Assembly (NCBI GenBank): GCA_946965045.2
Contig: OX337235.1
Location: 992,001 to 1,056,000, forward strand
Origin: Epithemia pelagica
Lineage: Eukaryota > Protista > Bacillariophyta
Direction of reading: 5' to 3'
DNA: 64,000 bases
Shown one piece after another: positions 10,899 through 22,528 of this stretch. The notes under the pieces are model-generated. The model searched no databases, was not told the origin of the DNA, and saw only the letters and a list, made by a program, of their open reading frames with translations. Position numbers and translations under genes: made by a program. Within the stretch, counting starts at the first letter, position 1. The number at the start of each line of letters is the position of its first letter.

Positions 10899-12434
10899 TT
10901 ACCTGGAGCATTGTTTCCGGCGGCAGGGAAGTGTGGACCCTACCAGTGCCAGATCCATCATGTTGGTGCGCAAAAACAAATAGGACGGACTTCCTCCTGC
11001 TGGAATGGCACCCGTTTGCTCCAATAAATGGGGCCAGGCAGAGCGTGGCACTCTAGACTGTTGCTTTGTTTGTAGGATGGATTTCACCTTCCACAGATAC
11101 TGGTTGCGTTCCAGAAGGGGCTCAATGTCGGATCGTTGCATTCCACGCGTTTGGTGACAGACACTCAATTCCACCAACGTGGAATTGGCTCGAACCTGTG
11201 TCATGAACCAATGTGCCTTGGCGATCTTGTCTTGTATGGATGTGGATCCTCCAAACAAGGGGTTTCGAGAGAGATCCAAGCTTTGGAGACCTTCAAGTTT
11301 CGGGAGCAAGGCAACCCAGAGGTCCATACAAATGAGGTTATACCGTGCATCCAGCTTGCGCAAGACAGCATTGGATTCCAGTGCGTACATCAAGATCGAA
11401 AACGAATGAGTTCCGACCGAGCAGCTGCGAATGACAAGTTCCTCCAACGACTTGTGTTTCCGAATGCTTTCGGTAAACCTTCTCAAGTGTCGAAAGTTGA
11501 ACTTGCCCTTCTTAAACTCATCGGGGAAGAGCGAGCCGTTGCGCTGAATGTTTAAGGATTGCAAACTCTGTTTGCGATCGAGAAGAGAAGCAAGTGGTAT
11601 AAACGATTGTGGTCCAAGTCGGTTGCCGGACACGTCGACATGTTTCACGTCGCTTTGGGATTCTCCAAGGGCACCCAATAAAAAGCTTGCCAGGTTGTCC
11701 GTCAACCCACAATCTTGAATGGAGAGGGTTTCCAGTTTCTCGTAGTGACGCACGCCACTGGAAAACAAAAAGAGCGTTCTGGCGTCGATGAGGCATTCGG
11801 TCAATCGCAGCTTTTTCAACGACTGGATAGGACCCGAGAAAATGTCATGAAAAAAGCTGGCCGATTCTTCTCGACAAAGATCATAGTGCTCTAAATGAAT
11901 ATACTCGAGTTGCGGCATTTGAAGAAGGATCCTGAGATAAGAAATTGGATTGAGATGATGGATACCATCATGGTCGTCCCAAACGCTTTCGACGCTCAGG
12001 GACACCGATTTCAAGGACGTCTTGTTCAATTCTAATAGTCGCACTATAAAGGCGGTCGATTCATGACCCGACAGCTCGTCATATTCGTGCAGTTTGAGAT
12101 GAACCATTCTTTCGGATTCTGGTAGTTTGCTCAATTCATTAGCCACCAGCTCGATGCAAGGACGGTCCTTTTCGGAAATGTACAATTCCAGTTCCTTGTC
12201 CTGGCGTTCGACTTGTGCGTTCCAAGCCTTGGTCGTACTCGTCAACGAATGGCCAAACGGGACACCACCACATGCCGATGCTTCAGGCTCCTCCTCGGGT
12301 GCTTTCCTTCCAATCATCAAAGTTTCGTCGCTCATACTCAGGAGCAATGGGTCATCTACCTCGGAAGTGGATGGAACTGTTGGAATTGCCGTTCTCAGAA
12401 TCCGAAAAAAGTGATGGCTCGAATTGGTTGGCAA
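10899..12434 (-). CDS. RNI-like leucine-rich repeat protein
   Basis: 511 aa with repeated LxxLxLxxN/C units (LKKLRLTEC, LETLSIQDCGL, VKHVDVSGNRL, LQSLNIQRN, LRKLDARYN, LQSLDLSRN). Confidence 0.85.
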   Translation of the reverse strand: MPTNSSHHFFRILRTAIPTVPSTSEVDDPLLLSMSDETLMIGRKAPEEEPEASACGGVPFGHSLTSTTKAWNAQVERQDKELELYISEKDRPCIELVANELSKLPESERMVHLKLHEYDELSGHESTAFIVRLLELNKTSLKSVSLSVESVWDDHDGIHHLNPISYLRILLQMPQLEYIHLEHYDLCREESASFFHDIFSGPIQSLKKLRLTECLIDARTLFLFSSGVRHYEKLETLSIQDCGLTDNLASFLLGALGESQSDVKHVDVSGNRLGPQSFIPLASLLDRKQSLQSLNIQRNGSLFPDEFKKGKFNFRHLRRFTESIRKHKSLEELVIRSCSVGTHSFSILMYALESNAVLRKLDARYNLICMDLWVALLPKLEGLQSLDLSRNPLFGGSTSIQDKIAKAHWFMTQVRANSTLVELSVCHQTRGMQRSDIEPLLERNQYLWKVKSILQTKQQSRVPRSAWPHLLEQTGAIPAGGSPSYLFLRTNMMDLALVGSTLPCRRKQCSR

Positions 12435-12838
12435 CTCATTGGAATCTGCACCTCAGTCCCGATGGGACAAAGGACGACATGTATGTGTCATTTGACACAG
12501 TCATACGTATGAATATCAGTACAATAAACTCTATATTAGTATAGGCCCGCTGGGAATACGACTATGGTCATTGTCACGTGGCGCGTATGAATTTCTACTG
12601 TGTATTGCTTACTGCCCGACACGTCACACTGATACGTCATGAGGGCGAACTTGTGCTGTCTCACAAAAAAACTTGAAATACGATGGCGTCTGACCTCCGC
12701 CCCTCTCAAAGTCAGTCGCTTAAACTATTCATGCCCACCAAAGATTTCTTCGTCCACCACAATAATGAGATGACGGGTTTCCACCCTTCTACTTCTATCC
12801 TTCCGACAACTTTAGAACTCGTTCTTTTCTTTTGACTC

Positions 12839-14629
12839 ATGGACAACAGATTGATCACGTTGAAAGAGTTTGTGGAGCAGTGGAAAGTTTTGATCGATGA
12901 AAAGAACCGCCTTTGTAAGAATCATGCCAAGCGCAACACGGATGATTTACCCCAACAACAACGACGGCGTCCAAGGCAGTCCATGACCAACACGCCACTG
13001 CCTGTCCAGAATTCGGATCTGTCCAATACTCCAACAGAATCTCTACAAGAAGAAGGAGTTGCCAAGGACGATCCCTATGATTGTAGCGACTTGGCCGTAC
13101 CCGATGTCTATGGAAAAGTGAATGAGATGCTCCCCTCGTTGGTCCAAGCATGGAGGAACCTCGACGACCGCAAAATTACGGCGCCCATGGTAAAAGTGAA
13201 ACGCGCCAACAACAACAATCACGAGGCAACTGTGGGCGAGGAGTCGTCTGATTCAGAACAGGACCCAGATCGCCCTAGCAAAAAGAGCAAAACAAAGGAA
13301 ACTGTTCCAGCATCAACTACCATGACCAAAAAGCCCATGTGGTATCAAAAACATGTGCGCTTTCCCGAGAATTTTGACTACCTGAATCAAGGACAACCTC
13401 CCCCTCCACTGCCCCCTCATGGCAATGACGCCAATGTGGCCGAGGATCGTGTCGTGAACTTGACGGATCCAACACAACCACCGCTCTCCTATGAACATGA
13501 ATTGTGGCATTTCTTTGATTCGGTGCCAACGTCACTGCAAATCGAAGAATCCTTGACACAAGGCATGGCCTTGCATCACACCCAATCCTTGCACAAGGTC
13601 ATTTCCGAACAATTTAAAAGGCAATCCCTGGATCATGCAGCTTCCGCCAAATATGGCTTGTATGCTTTGAGAATGCGAGATCGACATGATTATCCACGGC
13701 CTCCGCCACCTGTAGGGCAGACCCGTAGGACCTTGTCGATCCAGGAGAAGGGCAATGAACAGAACGCCGATGGAGGAGGACAACCGTCCGACACCAACCA
13801 CGTTCTTGGGACAATCACGTTGGAACTGTGGAGGAAACCGGCGGACAACCGATCTCAACCCACACCTGATTCATCTCGCATGGTGCTGGAATTTTTGGGG
13901 AGTCAAACATTACTGGATGTTCATCGCTCCATTGTGGATCTTACAGACGACACGTTTTGGACCATGGTCCAAAACGACAAGCAGAAAAATGCATCCATCT
14001 CTACTGCGGATAAGGAGACAGAACCAAATTCAGGGTTTTTCTTTGTCGAAGGAACCTTTTACACAACGGGGTCGGTCGACTATGTGACACCCATTCAAGC
14101 TTGGTTGCAATCGGGCAATGAACGCATGCGTCAGGAACGTGCGGCTCATTTGGGACTTGCACCGGCTTTCTGTAACATGGGTTCCCATGCTCCATTACAA
14201 GACATGTCATCCATGGCATTGGAAAACCTCCCAGTTCGATTCGGAACACGGTATTGTCATGTGCATCATGGAGATGTCGAATGTTCCTGGTTTGTCGTGG
14301 ACATGGCCTGTCATCCTACCACAATCACAGCCCCATCTTTGTCGTCGTATCCTCGAATTCACGATGTATGGACTCCCAGTTATCCTTCGGCACCCGAATG
14401 TCATGCCTGTCAACGACGCATGGCAACTCTTGTGACGAGTACGCAGAGCGAAAGAACCAATGGACACAAGTGTCTTTGTTCCGTCTGTGCCAAGGAATTG
14501 TCAATTCCTTTTCACGAATTGCAAGACTATGTAATATGGCACCGAGAAACCGAATTGTCGCTTGGGGCTCCAGTCGTTCACAAGGCGCATCGTTCGGAGG
14601 AGGAGGAGGGAAAATCGGGGGCCCACTGA
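12839..14629 (+). CDS. SNAPC3: snRNA-activating protein complex 50 kDa subunit (SNAP50)
   Basis: LEFLGSQTLLDV, SGFFFVEGTFY, LPVRFGTRYCHVHHGDVEC and a C-terminal CHAC...CLCSVC match the SNAP50 zinc-finger region. Confidence 0.85.
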   Translation: MDNRLITLKEFVEQWKVLIDEKNRLCKNHAKRNTDDLPQQQRRRPRQSMTNTPLPVQNSDLSNTPTESLQEEGVAKDDPYDCSDLAVPDVYGKVNEMLPSLVQAWRNLDDRKITAPMVKVKRANNNNHEATVGEESSDSEQDPDRPSKKSKTKETVPASTTMTKKPMWYQKHVRFPENFDYLNQGQPPPPLPPHGNDANVAEDRVVNLTDPTQPPLSYEHELWHFFDSVPTSLQIEESLTQGMALHHTQSLHKVISEQFKRQSLDHAASAKYGLYALRMRDRHDYPRPPPPVGQTRRTLSIQEKGNEQNADGGGQPSDTNHVLGTITLELWRKPADNRSQPTPDSSRMVLEFLGSQTLLDVHRSIVDLTDDTFWTMVQNDKQKNASISTADKETEPNSGFFFVEGTFYTTGSVDYVTPIQAWLQSGNERMRQERAAHLGLAPAFCNMGSHAPLQDMSSMALENLPVRFGTRYCHVHHGDVECSWFVVDMACHPTTITAPSLSSYPRIHDVWTPSYPSAPECHACQRRMATLVTSTQSERTNGHKCLCSVCAKELSIPFHELQDYVIWHRETELSLGAPVVHKAHRSEEEEGKSGAH

Positions 14630-15255
14630 AAAAAGCCTGCAACTGAAACTCTTTCTCTCGAGTTACAAACCTTTGGAAACAAAGCTCTTACGAGTATCAA
14701 TCGTTGAGTACATGGTCCTTTCAGCCTTTCATCTCCATGGAGAAGGTTGTTAATTGGCCTCGCTCGATGATTGGGATTTTTGAATTTCCTCTTCTTTTCC
14801 AATGATTTTACGGATTGGGATTGATTGTCAGGCTCCAAGTGTAATTCCAAGCTCTATTTGGTGCATCTCTGTCCAACCTATTTCGAGCATCACACGTCAA
14901 ACCCAGAGAGTACGTTGTGAGGAGTTGCAAACTAGAGAGCCTGCTGGTCGCTGTTCATGGAAGATTCGACGCCATGAAGCTGCACAAACAGAACCATCGA
15001 TACCTCTTGTTGCTCACGATCCTTCCAGCATTCACCAGAACCGGTTTCAAGCCATACTCTTTGGAACCTTCGTTCAATATACTCCTAGATAGATAAGATA
15101 GACCTATTCTCCCAACAGATCTCTGCTTCATAGCATAGATAGTGTGAGGTGTGACGCTCTTTCCGTCCGTCCGTCTACCCGCTTTCACTCACAAAGTCAC
15201 ACGTGGAAGGGAGGAGCGAAAGACAAAAAATACGAATGCAAATCAAACAAAGACA

Positions 15256-16782
15256 ATGGCGCTTCGGTCCACTGGCACACAACGACTTGTACTGGTCCTC
15301 CTTGCCATGTGCATGGGGTTCCTCTGGAGCAGTGTTGCCGCATCCAGCAGCGGTGGTCGGAACAGGCGCGCCTGGTTTCCGTCTTTTGGGGTTCGGAAAC
15401 AGAAACAGGGAAATGCTACCACCCGTACGCAACAAGAAGAAGAAGAAGCAACGACTTCCGTTGCCTCGTTGCTCGAGACGTCCGATGAACACTCCCATCC
15501 ACAACAAAATCGCTCCTCTGCCCTTTCGAATCATGACGTCGTGAACAGTACTAGCAGCAGCCTTGACGTGGAGAGTCTTCCAGTCTGGAAGCAGGAGTTG
15601 CCTCGTATGCTCCAAAAGAAGGGTCCCAAAACCTTGCAGAAGCTCCACATGGGGGAGGCCACGGAAATTTACCTCTTGGGAACGGCTCATGTATCGAATG
15701 ACTCCTCGGCAGACGTGAAGCTTTTATTGGAGGCCGTCGATCCGGATTGCATTTTTGTGGAGCTGTGTGAAGCGCGAATCGCCTTGCTGGAGGGGACAGA
15801 TTCCTTGACTGCGGCATCGAACGATACTACTGCAAGGAATGAGAGCTCCCACGTCGAGGACAAGGAGGAACCAGAAAGCAAATCGAAGCTGGGATTTTGG
15901 GACAAACTCAACGAAATTCAGCAATCCCAAGGTGGATCGAGATTGCAAGCCTTGAGTACATTGCTTCTGACTTCTGTCCAAGAAGATTATGCCGAAGCCC
16001 TCGGTGTGGAATTGGGAGGAGAATTTCGTGCGGCACATCGCTTTTGGATGGCACGTCCTCACCAAGAACCAACAACAACAATAAATCCTTCTCCAGCCAC
16101 AACCAATGCACCTGGAATCCCACGAAAACATGTGAGCCTGGTATTGGGTGATCGGCCCTTGTCCCTCACCTTGGTCCGAGCCTGGGAATCCTTGTGGTGG
16201 TGGCCCAAAACCAAGGTCATGATTGGATTGTTGCTCTCGTCCTTGCAAAAGCCCAATCCCGAAGAAATTCGAGCGTGGTTGGAATCGGTCTTGAGAGACG
16301 AGTCGGATGTGTTGACCCAATCCTTGCAGGAATTACAAAAACATTTTCCGTCCTTGCACACTACGATTATTGCCGAACGAGATGCCTGGTTGTCGTCCAA
16401 ATTAGTACAAACCTGTCGTATTTATGCCGAACAGTACCATGTGGAAAAGGCACACCAATTGCAAGAGACACGACATTCATCATTGCCGTCGGCACGAAGG
16501 CCCCATCATTCTGCCGTTGTCACACCCCGCAAACGACGGATTGTCGCCATTGTCGGTGCCGGTCATCTTCCCGGGATTGTCCAATGGTTGACGGGTAATG
16601 TCACGACCGAATTCTCGACTCCCGAACAAATTTTGGCCAATCTCACCGCGACAAAACGATGGGAAAAAGATGCAGTGGTACAACAGGAAATGATTCCCTC
16701 GTGGATTCATGATGTCACGGAAGTCCATCGACACGACAATACCTGGTCCTGGGCCGAACCAAGCATGGCAGCACTCACATAA
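15256..16782 (+). CDS. TraB/PrgY/GumN-domain protein (TRABD-like)
   Basis: YLLGTAHVS, VELCEAR, GGEFRAA, LGDRP, IAERD and VGAGHLPGI motifs, with an N-terminal hydrophobic segment. Likely start ATG 15256. Confidence 0.9.
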   Translation: MALRSTGTQRLVLVLLAMCMGFLWSSVAASSSGGRNRRAWFPSFGVRKQKQGNATTRTQQEEEEATTSVASLLETSDEHSHPQQNRSSALSNHDVVNSTSSSLDVESLPVWKQELPRMLQKKGPKTLQKLHMGEATEIYLLGTAHVSNDSSADVKLLLEAVDPDCIFVELCEARIALLEGTDSLTAASNDTTARNESSHVEDKEEPESKSKLGFWDKLNEIQQSQGGSRLQALSTLLLTSVQEDYAEALGVELGGEFRAAHRFWMARPHQEPTTTINPSPATTNAPGIPRKHVSLVLGDRPLSLTLVRAWESLWWWPKTKVMIGLLLSSLQKPNPEEIRAWLESVLRDESDVLTQSLQELQKHFPSLHTTIIAERDAWLSSKLVQTCRIYAEQYHVEKAHQLQETRHSSLPSARRPHHSAVVTPRKRRIVAIVGAGHLPGIVQWLTGNVTTEFSTPEQILANLTATKRWEKDAVVQQEMIPSWIHDVTEVHRHDNTWSWAEPSMAALT

Positions 16783-17307
16783 AAACACTATCAGGTGATT
16801 GAGAATGTTTTGCATCAGCTTTCAGTCTGTTGTGAACCACCTGTTGGACCTCAATGACAAGTATCTATCGCAAACAAACTTGAGCCTTGGACCGAAACTC
16901 TGATGGTACGATGAACTTGCACAGATCGAAGACTAACACCCCATCACAACGCTTCTAAGCAGTCTCATTCTTATAGTTTCATAGCAAGGACGTTATGAGG
17001 AAGTGTTCTTGAGTGAATATGGAAAGTCGAAACTGAGCATGTGCTCCACATTCCAGCCTCGACGTCTGGAGCGTCCTGACAACCAATTCGGCGTTCACTG
17101 AATAGTCCACTTTCAGTTGGGCTCTTTTGAATTAGTTGCGGCAACAGTGGAGACATGAATACCCAAAGATCATGAGGGCTGATTCATCACTGACGTTCCA
17201 GCGATGTTGAATCTGGCAAGATTCGGAATTTCATGTGAAAGTTTTTGCCACGCATCGGAACCTTTTTCATTCGACATGACGACGACGACGACGGTAACAA
17301 AACAACT

Positions 17308-19060
17308 ATGATGAACGATTGGAAGCTCGTTCCATCGTTCAAGAAGAAGGGCCGACGGGGAGGGTTGTCTTCCGGAGAATCCGGTCTTTCAGAGGAGGAG
17401 GTTTGTTGCTTTCTCTCGGATTCAAGACGCAACCGTGCACAAACCAAGACAATCATGATCCAAGAAGTTGTGCCTTTTACCATGACGAAACGGATTGTCG
17501 CCGCAATCCATTCAACGAATATTACGAGGTGGATGAAGCTTTCAATAACATGGAACGCATGTATCATCCAGTCCTGTTTCGGACGGAATTGTGTAACCGA
17601 GGAAAGGATTGTCCGTTTCGTAAAACCTGTTCCTTTGCCCATTCAAAGGCGGATCTACGAAAAAGGGATGAGAATTCCGAGCAGTATGAGTACCATCATT
17701 TGCTGCAACAGAGTCTCAGTCATGCTTCATTGAATAGAAAGCTGGGAAGCTTTTTCCCATCAGACAGAATTGGATTTTGCATTGAACCAGATTTTTACTC
17801 CATCTGGCAACAAGATGGTTTACCAGTCAAGCGGATTTTCCAGCCACTTCCGTAGTACCAGCTGTTCTTGCTGAGAAGTTCGAAAACCCTCTTTAATGCT
17901 ATTCGTGAATTCGCGATCAAAAATGGCCTTGTTCAAGTCACCTTAGGCATGTACGAGAAAAAGAATGGGATCTACTTCAGAGGTATCCATGTGGAGGAAA
18001 CCATGAAGGGTTGCTTGGAACTATTGAATCCGCCGTCAGACCATTTTGCTATTGAAACACGTGAGTATGGCGAACGTGTGGTTGAGTATATTGGTGACAC
18101 TCTTCGAACGAAACCAGAGCTTTTGATTTCTCCTACCGAATCAAAAAGGGCGCTGGTAGAGATCTTGAGTGAGACGTCAATTCGGGTATCGGCAGTCAGA
18201 TGGCACGATCGAACGGCGTCTGAAACAATCCAAAGTGTCCTTGGAAAAATAAAACTGTGGATATCCGTGGAGGGCTATGATAAGTTTGTAGAGTGTTGTT
18301 GTTGTCTCGATAAGAGAAACCCCGACCAAGGTGTTATGTGTTCCAACGGTCACTTCTTTTGCTCTGTGGGTGGCTCCTTTGACGAGGCTGTAGCGAGTCA
18401 GATTGTCCAGATTCAAAGTCGACCGGAAAATCAACTTCTTTGCCCTATATGCAATGATCCACTGAGACACAGGCCCTCGCGGCTCACCTCTCATCCGACA
18501 AATTCGACCATGTAATGAAGGCCATCATTGACAGCGAGGTCGCTCAGAAGACACTGGAGCTACAACGCCAGTTTGATGAACGACTCGAGAAGGAGGTTCA
18601 AAAGCTCTTATCGAAATATAACGACGCGAGTGCAATGCTGAAAGACAAAGCGAGACGTGAAGCAATGAATATTCGCAACACGATCTTGAACCCGGCATGT
18701 CCGCACTGTGGAGCGGCGTACGCCGAGTTTGATGGATGCATGGCCCTTGCATGTTCAACGTGCAAAGGCAACTTCTGTGGGTATTGCCATATAAAGTGCA
18801 ATACATCGGGAGGAGCACATGAACACGTTCGTTTCTGTCTCATGAACACAACTCCGGACTCAAGTTACTATGCCACCGAAGAACAAGTGAAGGATGCCCA
18901 AAGGCAATATCGAACCCGCGAATTGAAGAAACGCCTCAAGGAGTTCAAGAAGGATATTCAGAATGCCATTGTTATTGAGCTCACCAACGATCTAAAAGAT
19001 CTGGGTATCAAACCAGAAGCACTGTATCTTGTCGGGAACTTGCTTCCACTTCAACGGTAA
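17308..19060 (+). pseudogene. Unkempt-type CCCH zinc fingers plus a RING/IBR-like (RBR) E3 module; disrupted
   Basis: FKTQPC...CAFYH and FRTELC...CPFRKTCSFAH (CCCH); C..C..C.NGHFFC..CPIC (RING); CPHCG...GCMALACSTC..FCGYC. Repair needs one base near 17421 and one near 18462, plus read-through of TAG 17853-17855, giving 585 codons. Confidence 0.7.
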
Positions 19061-19368
19061 AATTGGTGTTTTGAAGAGTGCTCTATGTAAAATTACGATT
19101 CCCGGAACGAGAAAGAGAAAACAGCGACCATGTTGGATATGATGCTATACTAGTATGATATTACAGAAATGATTTCTCGTTTTCATCACCGACTGTACGT
19201 GGTTCTATCAAACATTGTGTCGTCTTCCTTGAGGATGTAAGGTATCGACGAACGGTTGGAGAAGACAAAACGCAGGTCGGGGTCCTCAGAGACCGAATAG
19301 CGAACACATTGGATATGATATTCTAGCATTATAATACTACAAAAAAGATGAATCGTTTTCACCACCGA

Positions 19369-20964
19369 CTATTGATATTGTGAACTGTTGGGAGCACGTG
19401 GTTCCATCAGCCCTTGCACTGTATCAAAGGTCGTAAAGGATATCGAAAAAGCAATCGGTCCTTTCATCCAATTGACGGAAACCCCTTTGAAAAATCCCCG
19501 TATACCTTGCTCCGCGTACAAATGTCGTATTGTATCGGCCAAGGATTCTGGTCTCGCAGGTGGAGGAGCGATAACACCACCTACTCGGCGACCTGGAGCG
19601 GCACTGGGGTTGTTTTTGGTCAGACAATCCATTGCCGTATCATTCCCTACAACTCCCAGTGTTTGCATCCTTCGTCGAGTGACTTCAATAGGATATGTGG
19701 CTGTTTGTGCTACCAATCCCGCAAAGGCACCGCATTGCATACGTTCCATTGTGGTCAAATCACGTTTCGTCAAGCTTTCGATCTATGGTGTGATAAACAG
19801 AGGCAGAGAAAATGTCAGATACAGAAGAGAAAGCAGCAGGGAAGATGATCAGCATACTTTCGCCTCTTTCGGATGGATTCATTGATCAATCGTCCAATCA
19901 GACCATGATCCTGACAACCATCTACTCAGTAAACTTACTTCTCGTTTCCCTTGTTCGTTCAACGTGAAGGCAACACCCGAGTACGGCAATATACCCAACA
20001 ACGTAGGAGAAATCCCTCGAAACAGACCTGCCACACCTCGTTGTGTGTAATTTTCCATCAAGACGGACGCAAATCCTTTGGTTTTCACGGCATGGGCAGT
20101 GGTGGAAGCAAAAACAGCAGGACCAGTACCAATGGTGTGGTGATGTTTGTGCGTCTTGAGGACGGCGAGTTGGGCTCGAGTCAAGTCCAGTGGATAGGTA
20201 CAAACCACCGATACAGTTCCTGCCATCATTCCACCGACTAACGACTCAAGTGCCGTCAATCCATGTTTTTGTGATTTCAAAGACGACGACTCTGTTGGTC
20301 TCCTCGTGTTGGTCGACAGAATGTATCGACCCTGTTCATGTTCCTTTAAAAAGAAGCGTTTGCAACGATCAAACACCATGAATTGGATGCCGCTGTAAGG
20401 AAAGACGCGAATCATGGTGGCAGTATTCCCCTTCCAAAGGGCAGCCAACCCTTCGGTTTGGACAATGTTTCGTACGACTTGTGGCAAACTCCGAAAGTGA
20501 AACTCGGCCGATGATACTTGATACAAAATTTTGATTCGATCCATGGGTGCAACCACACTTTTGGCCACCATTCCCGCGATTCCTCCAGCCAACAAGCTCC
20601 GAACTTCGCGTGGAATCTGCGACAAATCAATGGTTTGTTGAGGTTTAACCACAGTCGATGTTACAGCAGCATCCCCACTGTTCGACGTTGTTCCTGGTAG
20701 AACGGATGAACCTGGTATGATTTTCTCGCTTGCTCTGGATGCATTTGTTGACCTTGTCAACTGCTCGGGTGGAGGAGCAACTACGACAGACGAGGTCGAC
20801 ATATTGTTGTTACTTTTCGTCGCGTTTGGAAACCTGGCGTCGTTGACGTCCTCGTCGTCCTCGTCTTCAAACACTTCACCCTGCGCAGGACCAATAATGG
20901 TGCTATCTTCAGGATCTTCAATCTCCTGCGGTATGGAATCACGATGGGGATGATGTTTCAACAT
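19369..20964 (-). CDS. Mitochondrial carrier, CoA-transporter/Graves-disease-carrier-like subfamily, 2 exons
   Basis: Exons 20964-19939 and 19782-19369 (intron 19783-19938). Three Px[DE]xx[KR] signatures (APMDRIK, YPLDLTR, YPIEVTR) and WKGNTATMIRVFPYSGIQF. Confidence 0.9.
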
Positions 20965-20997
20965 GGGAAGGTATTATATTGTTTCTCATCAACAGTC

Positions 20998-21041
<44 letters not shown>

Positions 21042-21042
21042 C
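20998..21042 (+). repeat. (AAC)15 microsatellite just upstream of the carrier gene
   Basis: Perfect trinucleotide run read directly from the sequence. Confidence 0.95.
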
Positions 21043-21689
21043 CACGTGGTTCCAATGCTTCCAAATTCGTTCACTTTTTGCACTCTGTCACAAGACTCCA
21101 ACGAATTTGGGGTTTGTCTTTCCTTCGCTGAGTGTGACTGTGACGCTCTTGGTTGGAGGTTGATGGGGAGAGAAGCATCAACAACAGGCGGAGCGACACG
21201 GCTCCTCCACGTGGAACGACTCTGATTTTTGCTGTGTACATTATTAGGGTCGCTACCTGTCGCTACGATAGTTCCTCCAACTCTCTGTCTCTCTCTAGCT
21301 AGAGGGGGCTGGAGAGATCAAGAACGCACTCATGAGAAAGAGGAAAGAGCACTACGAAGATGGTAGGCTACCGGCGTAATTACCATCCTAAGCTTATTTG
21401 AAAGGTGAAAGACTAAACTGGTCGTTGATGTATCTTGCTTCCTTGGTGTGGAAGCCGAGTCGCACGCTTACAGCGACCCCTTTGCAACCCTTATCCGTGC
21501 CAAAATGGAAAAGAAGATTGCTCCTCATTATCGAGCTCCTGGCTTTGTCACCTGAATTTCATGTGTTGCCTTTGTTCTTTCCTTTATAAGGACAGGCTTG
21601 GCAAACATGTCCTAGGGAGTCTCTCACTGTACTCTTTTGTCGAGCCGTCAGGGTGCCTCGTCCTTTGACTCCTGAATCGTTGGTGGGTT

Positions 21690-22520
21690 GAAATCCAAAG
21701 AGATACATACTGCTTCAGTCGCAGAATGTCTTCCAGATGTACATTCGGCACCACAAACACAAGGTTGACGGAGTCTATATCTTGGAGCTTGTCCAGCTTT
21801 TCGAGTAGTTCTCGAGAATTTTTTCGGAGTTGATGGGGTGGTTGACGTTTCTCGTCATCTGAAAAAGCCACAAAACTCCAGAACTGCTGCAATAGTACGC
21901 GTCGACCGAACGCAATGTTTCCGATGTCGGCTGGCGGTAGGCATCTTCAAAGAGCTGTTCCATCTCAGTCATTTTGAACTTGGTATAGTTTCCGACCGCA
22001 CCGTCTACCGTCTACCTTGATAGACGTCAAAGTTTCTTGAGCATTCAGTCCTCTCATTGGAAGAGTATCGTGAGCGAAGTCTTCAAAAAGCCATTCCAGA
22101 AAAGCAGTTGGTTCCCGCGTCCATCCAACCACACCATCAGCTTCTGGCGATTTCCAGCAAGTTCCTCGTTGAGTGCTTCCTGAATTTCATACCCAATAAA
22201 TCTGGATGCCAATTTTAGTCGACGGTCGAAAGTCCGAATATTCTGTATGTCGTGGATCAACCAGTGGAGGACGTTGTTTGGATCAAGGTTCGCCTTGAAG
22301 CAGCTGAGACCGTCGTCAGCGATTCAAGGCTCTGAATAGCCGTTCGGACGTTACTTTTTTCTCTTTCGATGAGGTCCCGGTAGAATGGTTTCAGGAAAGT
22401 ATAGCGCACATTCCCACCTAAGTACTGCCATCGATCCAAGAGCTCATGTTCTGCTAGACCAAGGCGCAGCGATTGATTGGCGTCACGAATTTCCTTGGAC
22501 GTCCAGTAGCGACAACAAGG
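21690..22520 (-). pseudogene. Crinkler/RHS-like (CR effector) C-terminal nuclease-fold relic with multiple frameshifts
   Basis: Collinear fragments across frames: YWTSKEI...RWQYLGGNVRY; LKLASRFI; WLFEDFAHDTL; YRQPTSETLRSVDAY...LFQMT...HPI; ELLEKL...VNLVFVVP. Confidence 0.65.
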
Positions 22521-22528
22521 CGAAAAGG

